Shown here: positions 9,876 to 20,200 of the stretch, piece after piece
Layout of the letters: each line of letters begins with the position of its first letter
How positions within the stretch are numbered: the first letter of the stretch is position 1
NCBI GenBank assembly: GCA_963786955.1
Contig: CAWBAT010000008.1
Coordinates: 192,001 to 256,000 of the forward strand
Reading direction: 5' to 3'
DNA length: 64,000 nucleotides
From: an uncultured Acidimicrobiia bacterium
Lineage (GTDB): Bacteria; Acidobacteriota; Terriglobia; Versatilivoradales; Versatilivoraceae
The notes under the pieces: generated by a model
What the model was told of the DNA's origin: nothing
Databases searched by the model: none
Seen by the model: only the letters and a program-made list of their open reading frames with translations
Translations under genes and position numbers: made by a program

Positions 9876-10436
9876 ATGATTCAGGCAACTGCCCTGCGAA
9901 GGGGAATGCTTATCAAGAAGGATGGTGAACTTTTTTCCGTTTTTTCCGCGATTCATAAGACGCCCGGAAATCTGCGCGGATTTGTTCAGGCCCGACTTCG
10001 CAATTTACGCAATGGTGCCATGGGCGAATTCCGGTTCAGGTCTGTCGACATGGTGGAAAAAGTCTCACTTGACGAGCATGAGATGGAGTACTTGTACAAA
10101 GATGGGAATGATTACTATTTCATGAATACCGAGACCTATGAGCAGACTCATTTGAATGAAGAAGTGCTGGGAGACAGCGTCTTGTATCTGATTCCCAATA
10201 TCAAGATCAAGGTTGAGTTCTATGAAGGGAATCCGATCGGGATCGACTTGCCTGCGTCTGTGGAAATGGTTGTCGTGGAAACCGAACCCGGGTTAAAGAG
10301 TGCCACGGCCTCCAATGTCAACAAGCCTGCCAAGATGGAGACCGGCCTGATCGTGCAAGTGCCGCCGTTCATTGACATAGGAGAGAAGATTCGGGTTGAC
10401 ACCAATGAGGGAAAGTACCTCGAGCGGGTACGATAG
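9876..10436 (+). CDS. efp: Translation elongation factor P
   Basis: AGGAGG RBS, ATG 9876. TPGNLRG loop, YFMNTETYEQ, KPAKMETG..VQVPPFI..GE.I.VDT..G.Y..R. Confidence 0.95.
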   Translation: MIQATALRRGMLIKKDGELFSVFSAIHKTPGNLRGFVQARLRNLRNGAMGEFRFRSVDMVEKVSLDEHEMEYLYKDGNDYYFMNTETYEQTHLNEEVLGDSVLYLIPNIKIKVEFYEGNPIGIDLPASVEMVVVETEPGLKSATASNVNKPAKMETGLIVQVPPFIDIGEKIRVDTNEGKYLERVR

Positions 10437-10465
10437 GGCTGCGCGGCTCCGTTTTGGTCGGAGAG

Positions 10466-11902
10466 TTAACCTCGTTCCCCTCCCACAGTCGATTTCGATA
10501 GTCTCATCAGTTTATTGAGCGCCCGGACGAGCTCATCCTCCTCATCCAGGAAAACCGTGCGCAAATCGAGAAGGAGTTGGTCGTCTTCGACGCGAGTAAT
10601 CACCGGAGGCTCTGCCTGTCGAAGTTCTGATTCCAGTTGATTCGTCGAGTGACAGGAACTGCGGATTGCGATCAATCTCGTCGGAAGTCCTGCTTCAGGG
10701 GCCGAGCCCCCTCCGATTAGGGAGACTCCGTCGATGATTCGGATATCCCAATCCGAACTTCTTGAGTTGAGTCGCTCCAGAATGGCGGTTGCCCGATTTT
10801 CGAGTTCCTCGGGACTCATTCCCATCATCCGACATACTGGGATTTCTTCGCGCTCCCGGCCCTTCAAGTAAGAAATCAGGTTGGATTCAAGAATCGTCAA
10901 GGTGAGTTTGTCCACCCTCAGGGCACGAAACAGTGGATTACGGCGCAGTAGCGACACCCAGGGTGTCTTCCCGGCAATGATGCCGGCCTGGGGGCCTCCA
11001 AGCAGCTTATCGCCACTGAAGCAGACCATGGGAACTCCAAGATCAAGACTTGCTCTTGGAGTCGGTTCGTTTTCTATCCCCACTGATTTCATGTCGATCA
11101 GACATCCGCTCCCTTGATCTTCCAACAGAGGAATCGCTTTCTCGATCGAGAGATTCAAAAGTTCTTCTAGAGAGGGTTTTGCTGTGAACCCAATCATCTT
11201 GAAATTACTCTGATGGACTCTCAGGATGAGCCGGGTTCGATCCGTCAACGCGTTTACGTAATCGGAAATTCCCGTCCTGTTCGTTGTCCCAATTTCTTTG
11301 AGAATTGCGCCACTCTTTCTCAAAATATCCGGAATCCGGAAGCCATCTCCAATTTCGACTAATTCTCCGCGCGAGATCAGCACTTCTCCGCCTTCCGCCA
11401 AGGTATTGAGAGCCAGGAATACTGCTGATGCACAATTGTTGACGACAATGGCTTGCTCACATCCGAGAATGTCCCGGAGCAGTTGGTCCGCAAAAATGTC
11501 CCGCTTGCCTCGTTTCCCGCTTTCGAGGTTGTATTCAAGATTTGAATAATGCGCCCCTGTCTCCAGCAACTGCTCGATCCCTTTCGGGCTTAAGGGAGCC
11601 CGCCCCAGGTTGGTATGGAGAATGACTCCTGTAGCGTTGATCACTCGCCTCAGTCGGGGAGTCGTTCGGCTTATGACAGATTCTTTTAGAATCAGCAAGA
11701 TAGAGTCCAGGATTTCGGATTGAGTCCAAACTTGTTCTATCCTCTCAGCAGGTTTTTGCCGAAACCTATGGAGAATATGGCGGAGCTGATTGACGATAAA
11801 GGGACGGCCTGTCTGCTCGATCAACGGAGAAATTTCCGGGTGCTCGAGAAGACTCTCAACAGAAGGGATAGCACGGAGAGGGTTTATGGGGGGTTCTTTC
11901 AT
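10466..11902 (-). CDS. selA: L-seryl-tRNA(Sec) selenium transferase
   Basis: VINATGVILHTNLGRAPL, ISRGELVEIG.GFRIPD, FSGDKLLGGPQAG (PLP lysine) and RALRVDK. Confidence 0.95.
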   Translation of the reverse strand: MKEPPINPLRAIPSVESLLEHPEISPLIEQTGRPFIVNQLRHILHRFRQKPAERIEQVWTQSEILDSILLILKESVISRTTPRLRRVINATGVILHTNLGRAPLSPKGIEQLLETGAHYSNLEYNLESGKRGKRDIFADQLLRDILGCEQAIVVNNCASAVFLALNTLAEGGEVLISRGELVEIGDGFRIPDILRKSGAILKEIGTTNRTGISDYVNALTDRTRLILRVHQSNFKMIGFTAKPSLEELLNLSIEKAIPLLEDQGSGCLIDMKSVGIENEPTPRASLDLGVPMVCFSGDKLLGGPQAGIIAGKTPWVSLLRRNPLFRALRVDKLTLTILESNLISYLKGREREEIPVCRMMGMSPEELENRATAILERLNSRSSDWDIRIIDGVSLIGGGSAPEAGLPTRLIAIRSSCHSTNQLESELRQAEPPVITRVEDDQLLLDLRTVFLDEEDELVRALNKLMRLSKSTVGGERG

Positions 11903-12104
11903 AGTCCGAATTTCATCATAGAGCCCGCGAGTCGTCAACTTTCACGTTGACCCTTTCAGGTCGCGAAGATAAGATCCAATCTCAGACACGGCTCGATTCG
12001 ACACCACTTCTGCCCATACTCAAATAACTCGTGACCCTTAGAGGATCCCTGTTGGCAAAGGGACTGCCAAGGAGTCATGAGCAAATGTAAGTTTACCAAA
12101 TGCG

Positions 12105-12701
12105 ATGGCAACCGCGCCGACGAATGCAGATTTTGACCAGGCACTAGACAACCTCGAAGACGGGATTCGAAGGCTGAAGATCGAGTACGAGATCTTCTTC
12201 AGCGGGGGCTCGAAAAAGATCCCCTATGACCTTCGCTGGCGTGTCGAATCCATGATCAAACGGTATGGTGATTTAGGCAAGATGAGTTTTGCCCATCGCT
12301 TCCGCTACAACACCCTGGTTGCCAAATTTCACTCTTACAGCGAATTGTGGCGACGCAACTTAAAAAATAAGGAGGAGGGGAAACTGAGTTATGCTGCGTC
12401 AGTGTTCCCCGATCCTGAAACTTCGGGTGATGGAAAAGCCAATGGGGACCGCTTGATCTGTCAACTCATTTGCAAGGACCCCGAATCCGAAGACGAGAAG
12501 GTTCAAAATTTGTTCAAAAGCCTGGTTGAGGCTAAACGCGAGTGCGGCGAAAATCCAGAAAACCTGCAATTTGACTCTTTTAAGAGATTCCTCTTGGATA
12601 AGACAGCCAAGCTGAAAAGCCAGTTCAAATGTGATTCTGTCTGTTATGTTATTTCCGTAGAATCTGGCAAAGTAAGGCTAGTTGCCAAAGGGAATAATTG
12701 A
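12105..12701 (+). CDS. Hypothetical protein, MXAN_5187 C-terminal-domain-like
   Basis: LK.EY..FF.G....P, FRYNTL..KF..Y..LW.R and a C-terminal V...GKV.L.AK pattern; recognised from memory, not searched. Confidence 0.6.
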   Translation: MATAPTNADFDQALDNLEDGIRRLKIEYEIFFSGGSKKIPYDLRWRVESMIKRYGDLGKMSFAHRFRYNTLVAKFHSYSELWRRNLKNKEEGKLSYAASVFPDPETSGDGKANGDRLICQLICKDPESEDEKVQNLFKSLVEAKRECGENPENLQFDSFKRFLLDKTAKLKSQFKCDSVCYVISVESGKVRLVAKGNN

Positions 12702-12817
12702 CGCTTTTGCCATAGGAATCAAAGTCGGGCAGAAACGCCGCGCTTCGCTGAAGAATCCTACCCACCTGTGAGGCCCAAAACCTACTTCCCCTCCAAACGG
12801 GGATTTTCAAAGGCGGC

Positions 12818-12905
12818 TCATTGGTCATTGTTCACTTTTCATTTCTCATTTTATGGAAGAGCTTAAATGAAAGGTAACTAATGAAAATGGCCCAATGAGA
12901 AATAG
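12818..12905. repeat. Inverted heptamer tandem arrays (TCATTNN x5, then NNAATGA-like)
   Basis: TCATTGG TCATTGT TCACTTT TCATTTC TCATTTT, an 11-nt spacer, then TAAATGA AAGGTAA CTAATGA AAATGGC CCAATGA. Confidence 0.75.
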
Positions 12906-13042
12906 GGTTTTTGCGGACGGGAAAGATTCACCCATCAAGATTGACGTCTGCCTTTCCCCCCTGACGGAAGGGTTGGGTTGACAGAGACGAGTTAGAAGAT
13001 TCAAATTGAAACCATCGCCGTACCTGTGAAACAAGCTCAATA

Positions 13043-13804
13043 GTGCGCCATTTCCTTGATATTGAATTCTCCAACCTTCAAAAGATGCTAGCCTACTGGT
13101 TTCTTCTTTTGCTCCTCGGCAGTGGATCGGTCTCATCGGCAGCATCGGGACGGCCAGACCCGGCTCCTCAGATTGTCCAAGATGCGGCACAGCTCATGCC
13201 TCGTTCTTTCCGTGGCCTCCTTCCGAAATACTCTTCGAATCTTGTCCTAGGCACAAATCGGTTTTCTTCCCAACCCTATCTGGACCGTCAAGGGCGTGAG
13301 TTGCTCGAGCAAAAAATATTGGCTCAACTCGAAGGGACCGTAAACATTCTTCTTGGGGCTAGACCCAAGTTTTCTTTGGTGATGGAGGAACTCGGTTTGC
13401 TGGCAGAGATGATGCTCCTGTTAAATCTTCCTGACCTGGAAGAACCCGCTCGGGAAGACTTTCTTTCACTGAAGTCCGGGATTGAAATCAACAGTCCTTC
13501 TTTTCGACGGGTAGTATATGATTCTACCGAGTTGGGTTCCGGTTCGGATTCGGTAAAGGAATTCTTGCGGGAAATTCGCGGTCGGAGAGTTCTCGTTACC
13601 CGTTGGTACAAAGACTTTTTTTTCGATAAATCACCGCTTGACCTGACGATTCCTCTAGATCCAAAATCTCCACCTTTCGGGGTTCTGTCGCTGGTCTATT
13701 CGCACACTGTTAATGATCTGGCCAGGTTGTGGCTTTGGATCTGGCGAGAGGCGAACGGCGACATGGCAGGAAGCCCGCTGCTAAACGGTTCAAGCCAGAA
13801 ATAG
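13043..13804 (+). CDS. Hypothetical secreted helical protein (start possibly 13085)
   Basis: 253-aa ORF with signal-like MLAYWFLLLLLGSG; fills the gap before purH. Confidence 0.6.
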   Translation: MRHFLDIEFSNLQKMLAYWFLLLLLGSGSVSSAASGRPDPAPQIVQDAAQLMPRSFRGLLPKYSSNLVLGTNRFSSQPYLDRQGRELLEQKILAQLEGTVNILLGARPKFSLVMEELGLLAEMMLLLNLPDLEEPAREDFLSLKSGIEINSPSFRRVVYDSTELGSGSDSVKEFLREIRGRRVLVTRWYKDFFFDKSPLDLTIPLDPKSPPFGVLSLVYSHTVNDLARLWLWIWREANGDMAGSPLLNGSSQK

Positions 13805-13993
13805 GGCATTTCTGCAAGAGCGCTGACCCGGGACGGAACTAGTGCTGTCTAGAGTCAAAGCAGATTGGGTTGAAATTCTGCCCCGCGGCGCGAATCTCGG
13901 AATCGTCCTGATTCGCAGCGGTTGGGTTTGGTTCGCTTCTATTTCCGCAGGGTTGCTTAAGAGCAGATAGGTCTTTACTAAAGGAGTCATCCC

Positions 13994-15565
13994 ATGAATA
14001 CAGTCCGTAGGGCTTTAATCAGCGTTTCCAATAAAAACGGGATATTGGAATTAGCCAAGGGACTTGCAGTCCTGAAAATTGAGATTGTTTCAACTGGCGG
14101 GACAGCCAAAGCCCTTAAGGAGGCCAATGTTCCTGTCAGAGAGATCTCGGAACTCACGAGTTTCCCGGAGATCCTGGATGGGCGCGTCAAAACCCTTCAC
14201 CCCAAAGTGCATGGGGGAATTCTGGGAATCCGGGAGAATCCGGTTCACCAGCAACAAATGGCGAGCAACGATATTGCTCCGATTGACATGGTGGTGGTGA
14301 ATCTCTATCCGTTTGAGGAAACGACAGCCAAACCCGGAGCCTCCTTCGAAGAGATCATTGAGAATATTGATATTGGGGGCCCGGCGATGATCCGATCCGC
14401 GGCCAAGAACTTCCACGATGTCCTAGTGGTGGTCCAACCGGATGACTATGGATGGGTCCTGGAAGAGCTCAGAAGAACCCAATTGTCGCTCCCATTGGAG
14501 TCGAAGTTTCGTCTGGCTCAGAAAGCGATTGCCCTGACGGCCCGCTATGATTCGGCGATTTCTTCTTATTTGTCCAGGCTCGCGCACAAGGATGGCGAGT
14601 TTAAGCTCGCGCAGGAATTTCCCGAGAGGATGTACGTTTCTTTAGAGAAAGTGAGTGATCTCCGGTACGGAGAAAATCCTCATCAGAAGGCTGCATTTTA
14701 CCGCGAGTTGACCCCTTTTGATTCAATACTGCCAGATGCCAAACAACTTCAAGGCAAGGAACTCTCATTTAACAATATTCTGGATCTCAATGCCGCTTTT
14801 CAGATTGCGAGAGAATTTTCAATTCCTTGTGCTTCCATCATCAAGCACACCAATCCTTGCGGGGTAGGCATTTCTGTGAACTCGCAGTCAGAAGCCTATA
14901 TTCGTGCCAGGGAATGCGATCCGTTGTCTGCGTTTGGTTCGGTACTTGGCTTTAATCAGGTGGTTGCCAAAGATACTGCCAAGGAAGTGGTTCTGACCTT
15001 TGTTGAAGCGATCATTGCGCCGGGATATACGGATGAGGCCCTGGAGTTATTAGCAACCAAGAAAAATTTACGATTGATCCAGTATCGCAAAGATCACATT
15101 AAGCTTCATCCTTTTGACTATAAGAGAGTGGAAGGAGGCTTGCTTGTTCAGGAGGCAGATCGGGTAGATACCGGAGAGGGAGAATGGAAGGTGGTTACAC
15201 GGCGTGAGCCAAGTCTAGAAGAGTTCCAAGCCCTCTCATTTGCATGGAGAATCGTCAAACACGTGAAATCGAACGCCATTGTTTACGCGAATGAAATCCA
15301 AACTGTAGGAATTGGCGCCGGACAGATGAGCCGGGTAGATTCCGCCCAGCTCGGCATCAGCAAGTCGCGGCTGCCCATCAAAGGGTGTGTTATGGCCTCC
15401 GATGCCTTTTTCCCGTTCCGCGATGGAGTGGATGTAGCCGCCTTAGCAGGAATTCGAGCCATCATCCAACCCGGGGGATCACTTAAAGATGGAGAAGTTA
15501 CTGCCGCTGCCGATGAACATCAAATGGCTATGATTATGACTGGAATGAGACATTTCAAACATTGA
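13994..15565 (+). CDS. purH: Bifunctional AICAR transformylase/IMP cyclohydrolase
   Basis: [50 protein letters not shown] and RHFKH. Confidence 0.98.
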   Translation: MNTVRRALISVSNKNGILELAKGLAVLKIEIVSTGGTAKALKEANVPVREISELTSFPEILDGRVKTLHPKVHGGILGIRENPVHQQQMASNDIAPIDMVVVNLYPFEETTAKPGASFEEIIENIDIGGPAMIRSAAKNFHDVLVVVQPDDYGWVLEELRRTQLSLPLESKFRLAQKAIALTARYDSAISSYLSRLAHKDGEFKLAQEFPERMYVSLEKVSDLRYGENPHQKAAFYRELTPFDSILPDAKQLQGKELSFNNILDLNAAFQIAREFSIPCASIIKHTNPCGVGISVNSQSEAYIRARECDPLSAFGSVLGFNQVVAKDTAKEVVLTFVEAIIAPGYTDEALELLATKKNLRLIQYRKDHIKLHPFDYKRVEGGLLVQEADRVDTGEGEWKVVTRREPSLEEFQALSFAWRIVKHVKSNAIVYANEIQTVGIGAGQMSRVDSAQLGISKSRLPIKGCVMASDAFFPFRDGVDVAALAGIRAIIQPGGSLKDGEVTAAADEHQMAMIMTGMRHFKH

Positions 15566-15618
15566 CTTAGCCAAAAACTGCATGGGATAATTCTTATGCG
15601 GACTGAGGATCCTATCGA

Positions 15619-17655
15619 ATGAAAATACAATCCCGAATTGCCTGGAGAACCAGCGGCCATCTACGTGTGTTGATGCTCTGTTATTTAATGATTTACCCAA
15701 CCCTCTCACTACTGGGGGGAGAGAAAAAGTCAAACGAGGATAAAGCCCAATCCAGTTCACGAGCAGCAGCCTATTATCATTTCAGTCAAGCCCGGCTACT
15801 GGACGAAAACGGCGACTTTCTAAAGGCTTTGGAGGAGTATAAGAAGGCAGTTCAACAGGATCCGAAATCTTCTAACTTGTATATCGAGTTGGCTAACGCT
15901 TACCTGCGCCATCGGCGCGTGAGAGATGCGATCCAGGAGGCTGAGAATGCAATCAAGATTGACGAGAATAACCTGGAAGCCCATCGCCTTTTAGGAAGTA
16001 TCTACTACCAAATCATCAGGAATGAAGAGACGGGCCGGCAGACGGGTTCGAGTGAATACCTCAAGAAGGCGATCCAGGAGTATGAGAAAATTTGCCAATT
16101 AGAGCCTACAGATACGAATTCGTTATTGATATTGAGCCTTCTCTACCGTTATGACGGTTCCTCCGATAAAGCGATCGAAACCGCCAAACGGCTCCTGGAA
16201 GTCGCCCCCTCATCTGAATCTGGCTTGACCACGTTGGCCCAGATCTATACCGATCAGGGGAATATCAATGAGGCCATCAATGTCTTTAAGAAGGCTCTCG
16301 AAGTCAATCCGAACTCTCCTCGCGTCCTCGAGCAGATGGCCTTTGCTTACTTGCAGTTGAAGGATTATAAGAACTCCATCGAAACCTACCGCAAAGCCAT
16401 TGCTGCAGACGATGACAATCTGGACTTGCGAAAGGGTTTCGCCTACACCCTGCTTGAAGACAATCAAGATGCGCAGGCTGAAACGGAGTTTCTTAAGATC
16501 TTGGAAGCCGATCCCGATGACGGAAATTCTCACTTTCGGCTGGGCCAGATCTACCGGAAAAAGAAAGATTACGACAAAGCCCTCAGCGAGTTGACTAAGG
16601 CGAGTTCCATTCTGGTCGGGAATCTGGAGGTTTCTTTCTATCTGGCCACCCTTTATGAAGAACTCGGAAAATTTGAAAAGGCGGAAGAGCGATTCCAGCA
16701 GCTACTCAAACTGATTGAAAAGCCCGCCGGTACTTATGCGCCGGGAGAAATCCAAAACCGAACCATTTTCCTGACCCATGCGGGGTACGTCTGTGAGCAG
16801 TTAGAAAAGTATCCCCAGGCGATCACTTATTTCTCAGAAATAAAAACTTTGTCTGCAGAAAATGCCGCAAAGTCTGACAGCTATTTGATTGACACTTACC
16901 GGGCTGCCAAACAGCTTGACAAGGCTCTAGCCCTCGCCGAAAAAGGGCTGAAAGAATATCCTAACGATCAGGATTTCAAAATGCTTTATGCCGATGTCCT
17001 GGCAGAAAGCGGAAAGTCTGCCGAGTCCATCAAGCTGCTACAAGATATGTTGACCGGCAAAGAAGATGACCAGAAAGTGTATGCCGCCATGGTACAAATT
17101 TATCAACGCGACAAGAAGTTTAAGGATGCCGAGAAAGTGCTTCTGAGTTCTGAGAAGTATTTCAAGAATAGTGAATCCTTCAATTTTATGCTGGGATCGA
17201 TTTACGAGCGGGAGAAGGAATTTGAAAAGGCGGAAACGGTTTTTAAGAAAATCCTGGAAAGCAATCCCGAGCACACGGCATCTTTAAACTATCTCGGCTA
17301 TATGCTTGCGGACCAGGGCATTCGGCTGGAAGAAGCACTCCGAATGATCAAGAAGGCGGTTGATCAGGAACCTAGTAATGGCGCTTATCTGGATAGTTTG
17401 GGATGGGTCTACTACAAGTTGAACCGGAACGACGAAGCGGAGACTTATCTCAAGAAAGCCGCTGACCGCGTTCGAAAAGATCCCACGGTTCACGATCATT
17501 TGGGTGACTTGTACTATCGAAAAGGACAGTATGAGCAGGCCCGCGTCGCATGGGAGCAGTCCTTGGCGTTCGGCCAGGATGAAGAAGAGAGCCGAAAGAT
17601 CCAAAAGAAGGTTGAAGAGCTAAAGATCAAGCTGGCCCAGCTCGAAAAAAAATAA
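15619..17655 (+). CDS. Tetratricopeptide repeat protein (exported)
   Basis: Many TPR helices; C-terminal LNYLGY.LAD...YLDSLGWVYY..DHLGD, typical of the TPR gene upstream of ispE. Confidence 0.9.
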   Translation: MKIQSRIAWRTSGHLRVLMLCYLMIYPTLSLLGGEKKSNEDKAQSSSRAAAYYHFSQARLLDENGDFLKALEEYKKAVQQDPKSSNLYIELANAYLRHRRVRDAIQEAENAIKIDENNLEAHRLLGSIYYQIIRNEETGRQTGSSEYLKKAIQEYEKICQLEPTDTNSLLILSLLYRYDGSSDKAIETAKRLLEVAPSSESGLTTLAQIYTDQGNINEAINVFKKALEVNPNSPRVLEQMAFAYLQLKDYKNSIETYRKAIAADDDNLDLRKGFAYTLLEDNQDAQAETEFLKILEADPDDGNSHFRLGQIYRKKKDYDKALSELTKASSILVGNLEVSFYLATLYEELGKFEKAEERFQQLLKLIEKPAGTYAPGEIQNRTIFLTHAGYVCEQLEKYPQAITYFSEIKTLSAENAAKSDSYLIDTYRAAKQLDKALALAEKGLKEYPNDQDFKMLYADVLAESGKSAESIKLLQDMLTGKEDDQKVYAAMVQIYQRDKKFKDAEKVLLSSEKYFKNSESFNFMLGSIYEREKEFEKAETVFKKILESNPEHTASLNYLGYMLADQGIRLEEALRMIKKAVDQEPSNGAYLDSLGWVYYKLNRNDEAETYLKKAADRVRKDPTVHDHLGDLYYRKGQYEQARVAWEQSLAFGQDEEESRKIQKKVEELKIKLAQLEKK

Positions 17656-17727
17656 TCAGTCTGCCTCAAGCCTTGAGAGCCGTGCCTCTGCATGACTCGA
17701 CAGGCAGAGAAGTTTGTCTCTTCCTTT

Positions 17728-17757
17728 GGCTCAGTCTGCGGATTGAGCTTTTTTTTT
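17728..17757 (+). terminator. Intrinsic terminator after the TPR gene
   Basis: GGCTCAGTC-TGCG-GATTGAGC hairpin followed by a T9 run. Confidence 0.65.
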
Positions 17758-17787
17758 GTGATTCAATGGGTGTTGGCGAGGGGAGCA

Positions 17788-18600
17788 GTGAAGCGTCAGC
17801 AAGTCGTTCTGCACAGTTACGCTAAAGTGAACTTTGGGTTGCAGGTCCTGGGGAAAAGGGAAGACGGCTTCCATGAAATCCGGACCATCCTTCAATCGAT
17901 TGACTTGCATGACCGAATTGTTTTAGCCCAGCGCCGTGAGCCGGGCATAGAATTTGCTTCGAATTCCCCGGATTTACACCCTACACGCAATTTAGTCTGT
18001 GACGCCATTCGCTTGTTCTTCCGCAAATTGAAGATCCGCGGGGGAGCCAGGGTCTATTTGGATAAGAGAATCCCGGTCGGCGCCGGGTTGGGAGGCGGGA
18101 GCAGCAATGCTGCAGCAACTCTTAGCGGCTTGTCCTTTCTCTACGATCGTTCCTTGCCTGTCAGTCAACTGCTCGAGTGGGGAGGGGAACTGGGGTCGGA
18201 TGTCCCTTTCTTCTTCCTGGGCGGAAGATGTCTAGGTGTCGGGACAGGGGCCGAAGTTTACCCTCTTGAAGATTCCCCCAAACAGTACATTTTACTGGTA
18301 GTTCCTTCTTTTCCGGTTGCAACAGCCGGGGCCTATTCACGTTTGAGTTTGAAGTTGACAAAGAAGAGTAGCCTCGGTAAAATTCCAAGCTTCTGCTCAG
18401 GTTACCTGAACAGCTTGAGTGGTGTGCTGTCTCTGAAAAATGATTTTGAATCGGTAGTTTTTTCGGATTTTCCTCAACTCAAGAAAATCAAGCAGTTACT
18501 GGTAAAGTCAGGAGCAAGGGGCGCAGGATTGTCGGGGAGCGGTTCTGCCCTGTTCGGGGTTTTTGGTTCCAGAAAGAGCTCTTCCAGGCGCGTTCTATGA
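17788..18600 (+). CDS. ispE: 4-diphosphocytidyl-2-C-methyl-D-erythritol kinase (3' end probably frameshifted)
   Basis: GTG 17788 after GGGAG. AKVN..L, KRIPVGAGLGGGSSNAA, GSDVPFF and LSGSGS. Confidence 0.93.
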   Translation: MKRQQVVLHSYAKVNFGLQVLGKREDGFHEIRTILQSIDLHDRIVLAQRREPGIEFASNSPDLHPTRNLVCDAIRLFFRKLKIRGGARVYLDKRIPVGAGLGGGSSNAAATLSGLSFLYDRSLPVSQLLEWGGELGSDVPFFFLGGRCLGVGTGAEVYPLEDSPKQYILLVVPSFPVATAGAYSRLSLKLTKKSSLGKIPSFCSGYLNSLSGVLSLKNDFESVVFSDFPQLKKIKQLLVKSGARGAGLSGSGSALFGVFGSRKSSSRRVL

Positions 18601-18689
18601 TGGAGGCCGGGGAGATTCGACTGATCGAAAGCTGCACATTAAATCGGGTCGAATTTCTGAAACACTTTTTTGAGGCTTCTCCTCGAAAT

Positions 18690-18764
18690 TGGGGCGTCGT
18701 CAAGCGGTAAGACACAGGTCTTTGGCACCTGCATTCGGAGGTTCGAATCCTCCCGCCCCAGCCA
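18690..18764 (+). tRNA. tRNA-Gln (TTG)
   Basis: TGGGGCG acceptor stem, anticodon arm CAGGT-CTTTGGC-ACCTG, GGTTCGAATCC T-loop, encoded CCA. Canonical ispE-tRNA-Gln-prs position. Confidence 0.96.
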
Positions 18765-19023
18765 AAATGGTCCCTCCCGGACCCCCCTTCTTGTAATTCC
18801 TCGCTGGCTGTTTTCCTCGGAAAACCCCAAGAGGCATCGAGTATTGTTGAGGGTCGCAGCATCAGGCGACAAACGGCCACAGCGGTGGGAATTCTGCTTG
18901 ACGTTTTTGATTCGGGACCGGAGAGAGTAGTCGGGAAGGCGAAGTGGAAGGGCAGCTTCAAGCGAAACAGATTAATCCGTTGTCGCCCGAGCTTGGAAGG
19001 TTCCATAGGAGAGCATTGAATCT

Positions 19024-19968
19024 TTGAAACACGACGACCTGAAGATATTCACGGGAACTGCGCATCGGGACCTGGCTGAGAAGATCTGTGAGTCCCTGAA
19101 CATTCCATTGGGGAAGCTCGGCGGTCACTCGATTCAGTGACGGTGAAGTCTATTTTCAAATTCTTGAAAATGTCCGTGGAGAGGATGTCTTCATCATCCA
19201 ACCGACATGCCGTCCTGTGGATACCACACTTGTCGAATTACTGGTGATGATTGACGCCTTTAAGCGGTCATCAGCCCGGAGAATCACCGCTGTCCTTCCT
19301 TACTACGGCTATGCCCGTCAGGATCGAAAGACAAACCAAGGGTCCCGATTTCTTCAAAGTTGGTTGCAGACTTAATCTCTACGGCTGGAGCCAATCGTGT
19401 TTTGACCATGGATCTCCATGTGCCGCAGATTCAGGGTTTCTTCGATATTCCTGTGGACCATTTGTTTGCTGCCCCGGTGATGGTGGATTATTTTAACAGG
19501 TTGAATTTGTCGGATCTGATTGTGGTTTCCCCCGATGCCGGAGGGACCGAACGTGCCCGAGCCTACGCGAAAAAGTTGAACACGAGTATCGCAATAATTG
19601 ATAAGCGTCGTTTAGAAGCCAATATCGCGGAAATCATGAATATCATCGGTGAAGTAGAGGGCAGGACAGCAATCATCGTGGATGATATTATTGACACGGC
19701 AGGGACGTTGGTGAAATCCGCGGAAGCTCTCCTCCACCAGGGGGCAAAGGCTGTTTACGCCTGTTGTACCCATCCGGTGTTATCCGGTCCGGCGGCTGAA
19801 CGGATCCGGCGGTCGGGAATCACGGAAGTGGTTGTGACGGATACGATCCCGCTTTCTACCAAGGCGTCACACGTGGAAAAGATTCGAGTATTAAGTGTGG
19901 CCGACTTGCTGGGCAAAGCCATCAAATCGATTCATGACGAATCGTCCGTCAGCTCTTTGTTTATTTAG
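19024..19968 (+). CDS. prs: Ribose-phosphate pyrophosphokinase (frameshifted in this sequence)
   Basis: [22 protein letters not shown] across frames; DLH..QIQGFF, VSPDAGG and DDIIDTAGT in ORF 19360-19968. Confidence 0.93.
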
Positions 19969-20019
19969 GCGAGTACAAATTAGGAATTTAAAACTTCATG
20001 ATAGGTGCTGCAAGGCTGA

Positions 20020-20159
20020 TAGCTAAGTACTGCTTTTTTTTAATACGGTGACGTTAACGCCAGGTCGGTGACCCGGCCTACAACTTTGTAGGCCGCGTGG
20101 CCCCCGCGGCGCCAATCCTAAGATACGTCACAGTAATTACGAATAGCAGTACTGAGCTA
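20020..20159. mobile_element. Nested MITE/REP-doublet element, copy B (complete)
   Basis: Outer IR TAGCTAAGTACTGCT/AGCAGTACTGAGCTA (14/15), inner IR TACGGTGACGT/ACGTCACAGTA, and a core GGCCTACAA-C-TTTGTAGGCC REP doublet. Confidence 0.8.
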
Positions 20160-20200
20160 ACCATCAGAGTCTGGTACTGAAAGTAAAGGGGAAAAAGGAA

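Noticed and set aside
10466-11902. selA as a marker of a local selenoprotein system
   Set aside because: No selB, selC or selD, and no convincing in-frame TGA plus SECIS gene in the window; sel genes are often scattered.
13805-13993. Possible ZMP/ZTP riboswitch upstream of purH
   Set aside because: Only a generic hairpin is present; I could not find the conserved 3' GCC..CGCCTGGGC element.
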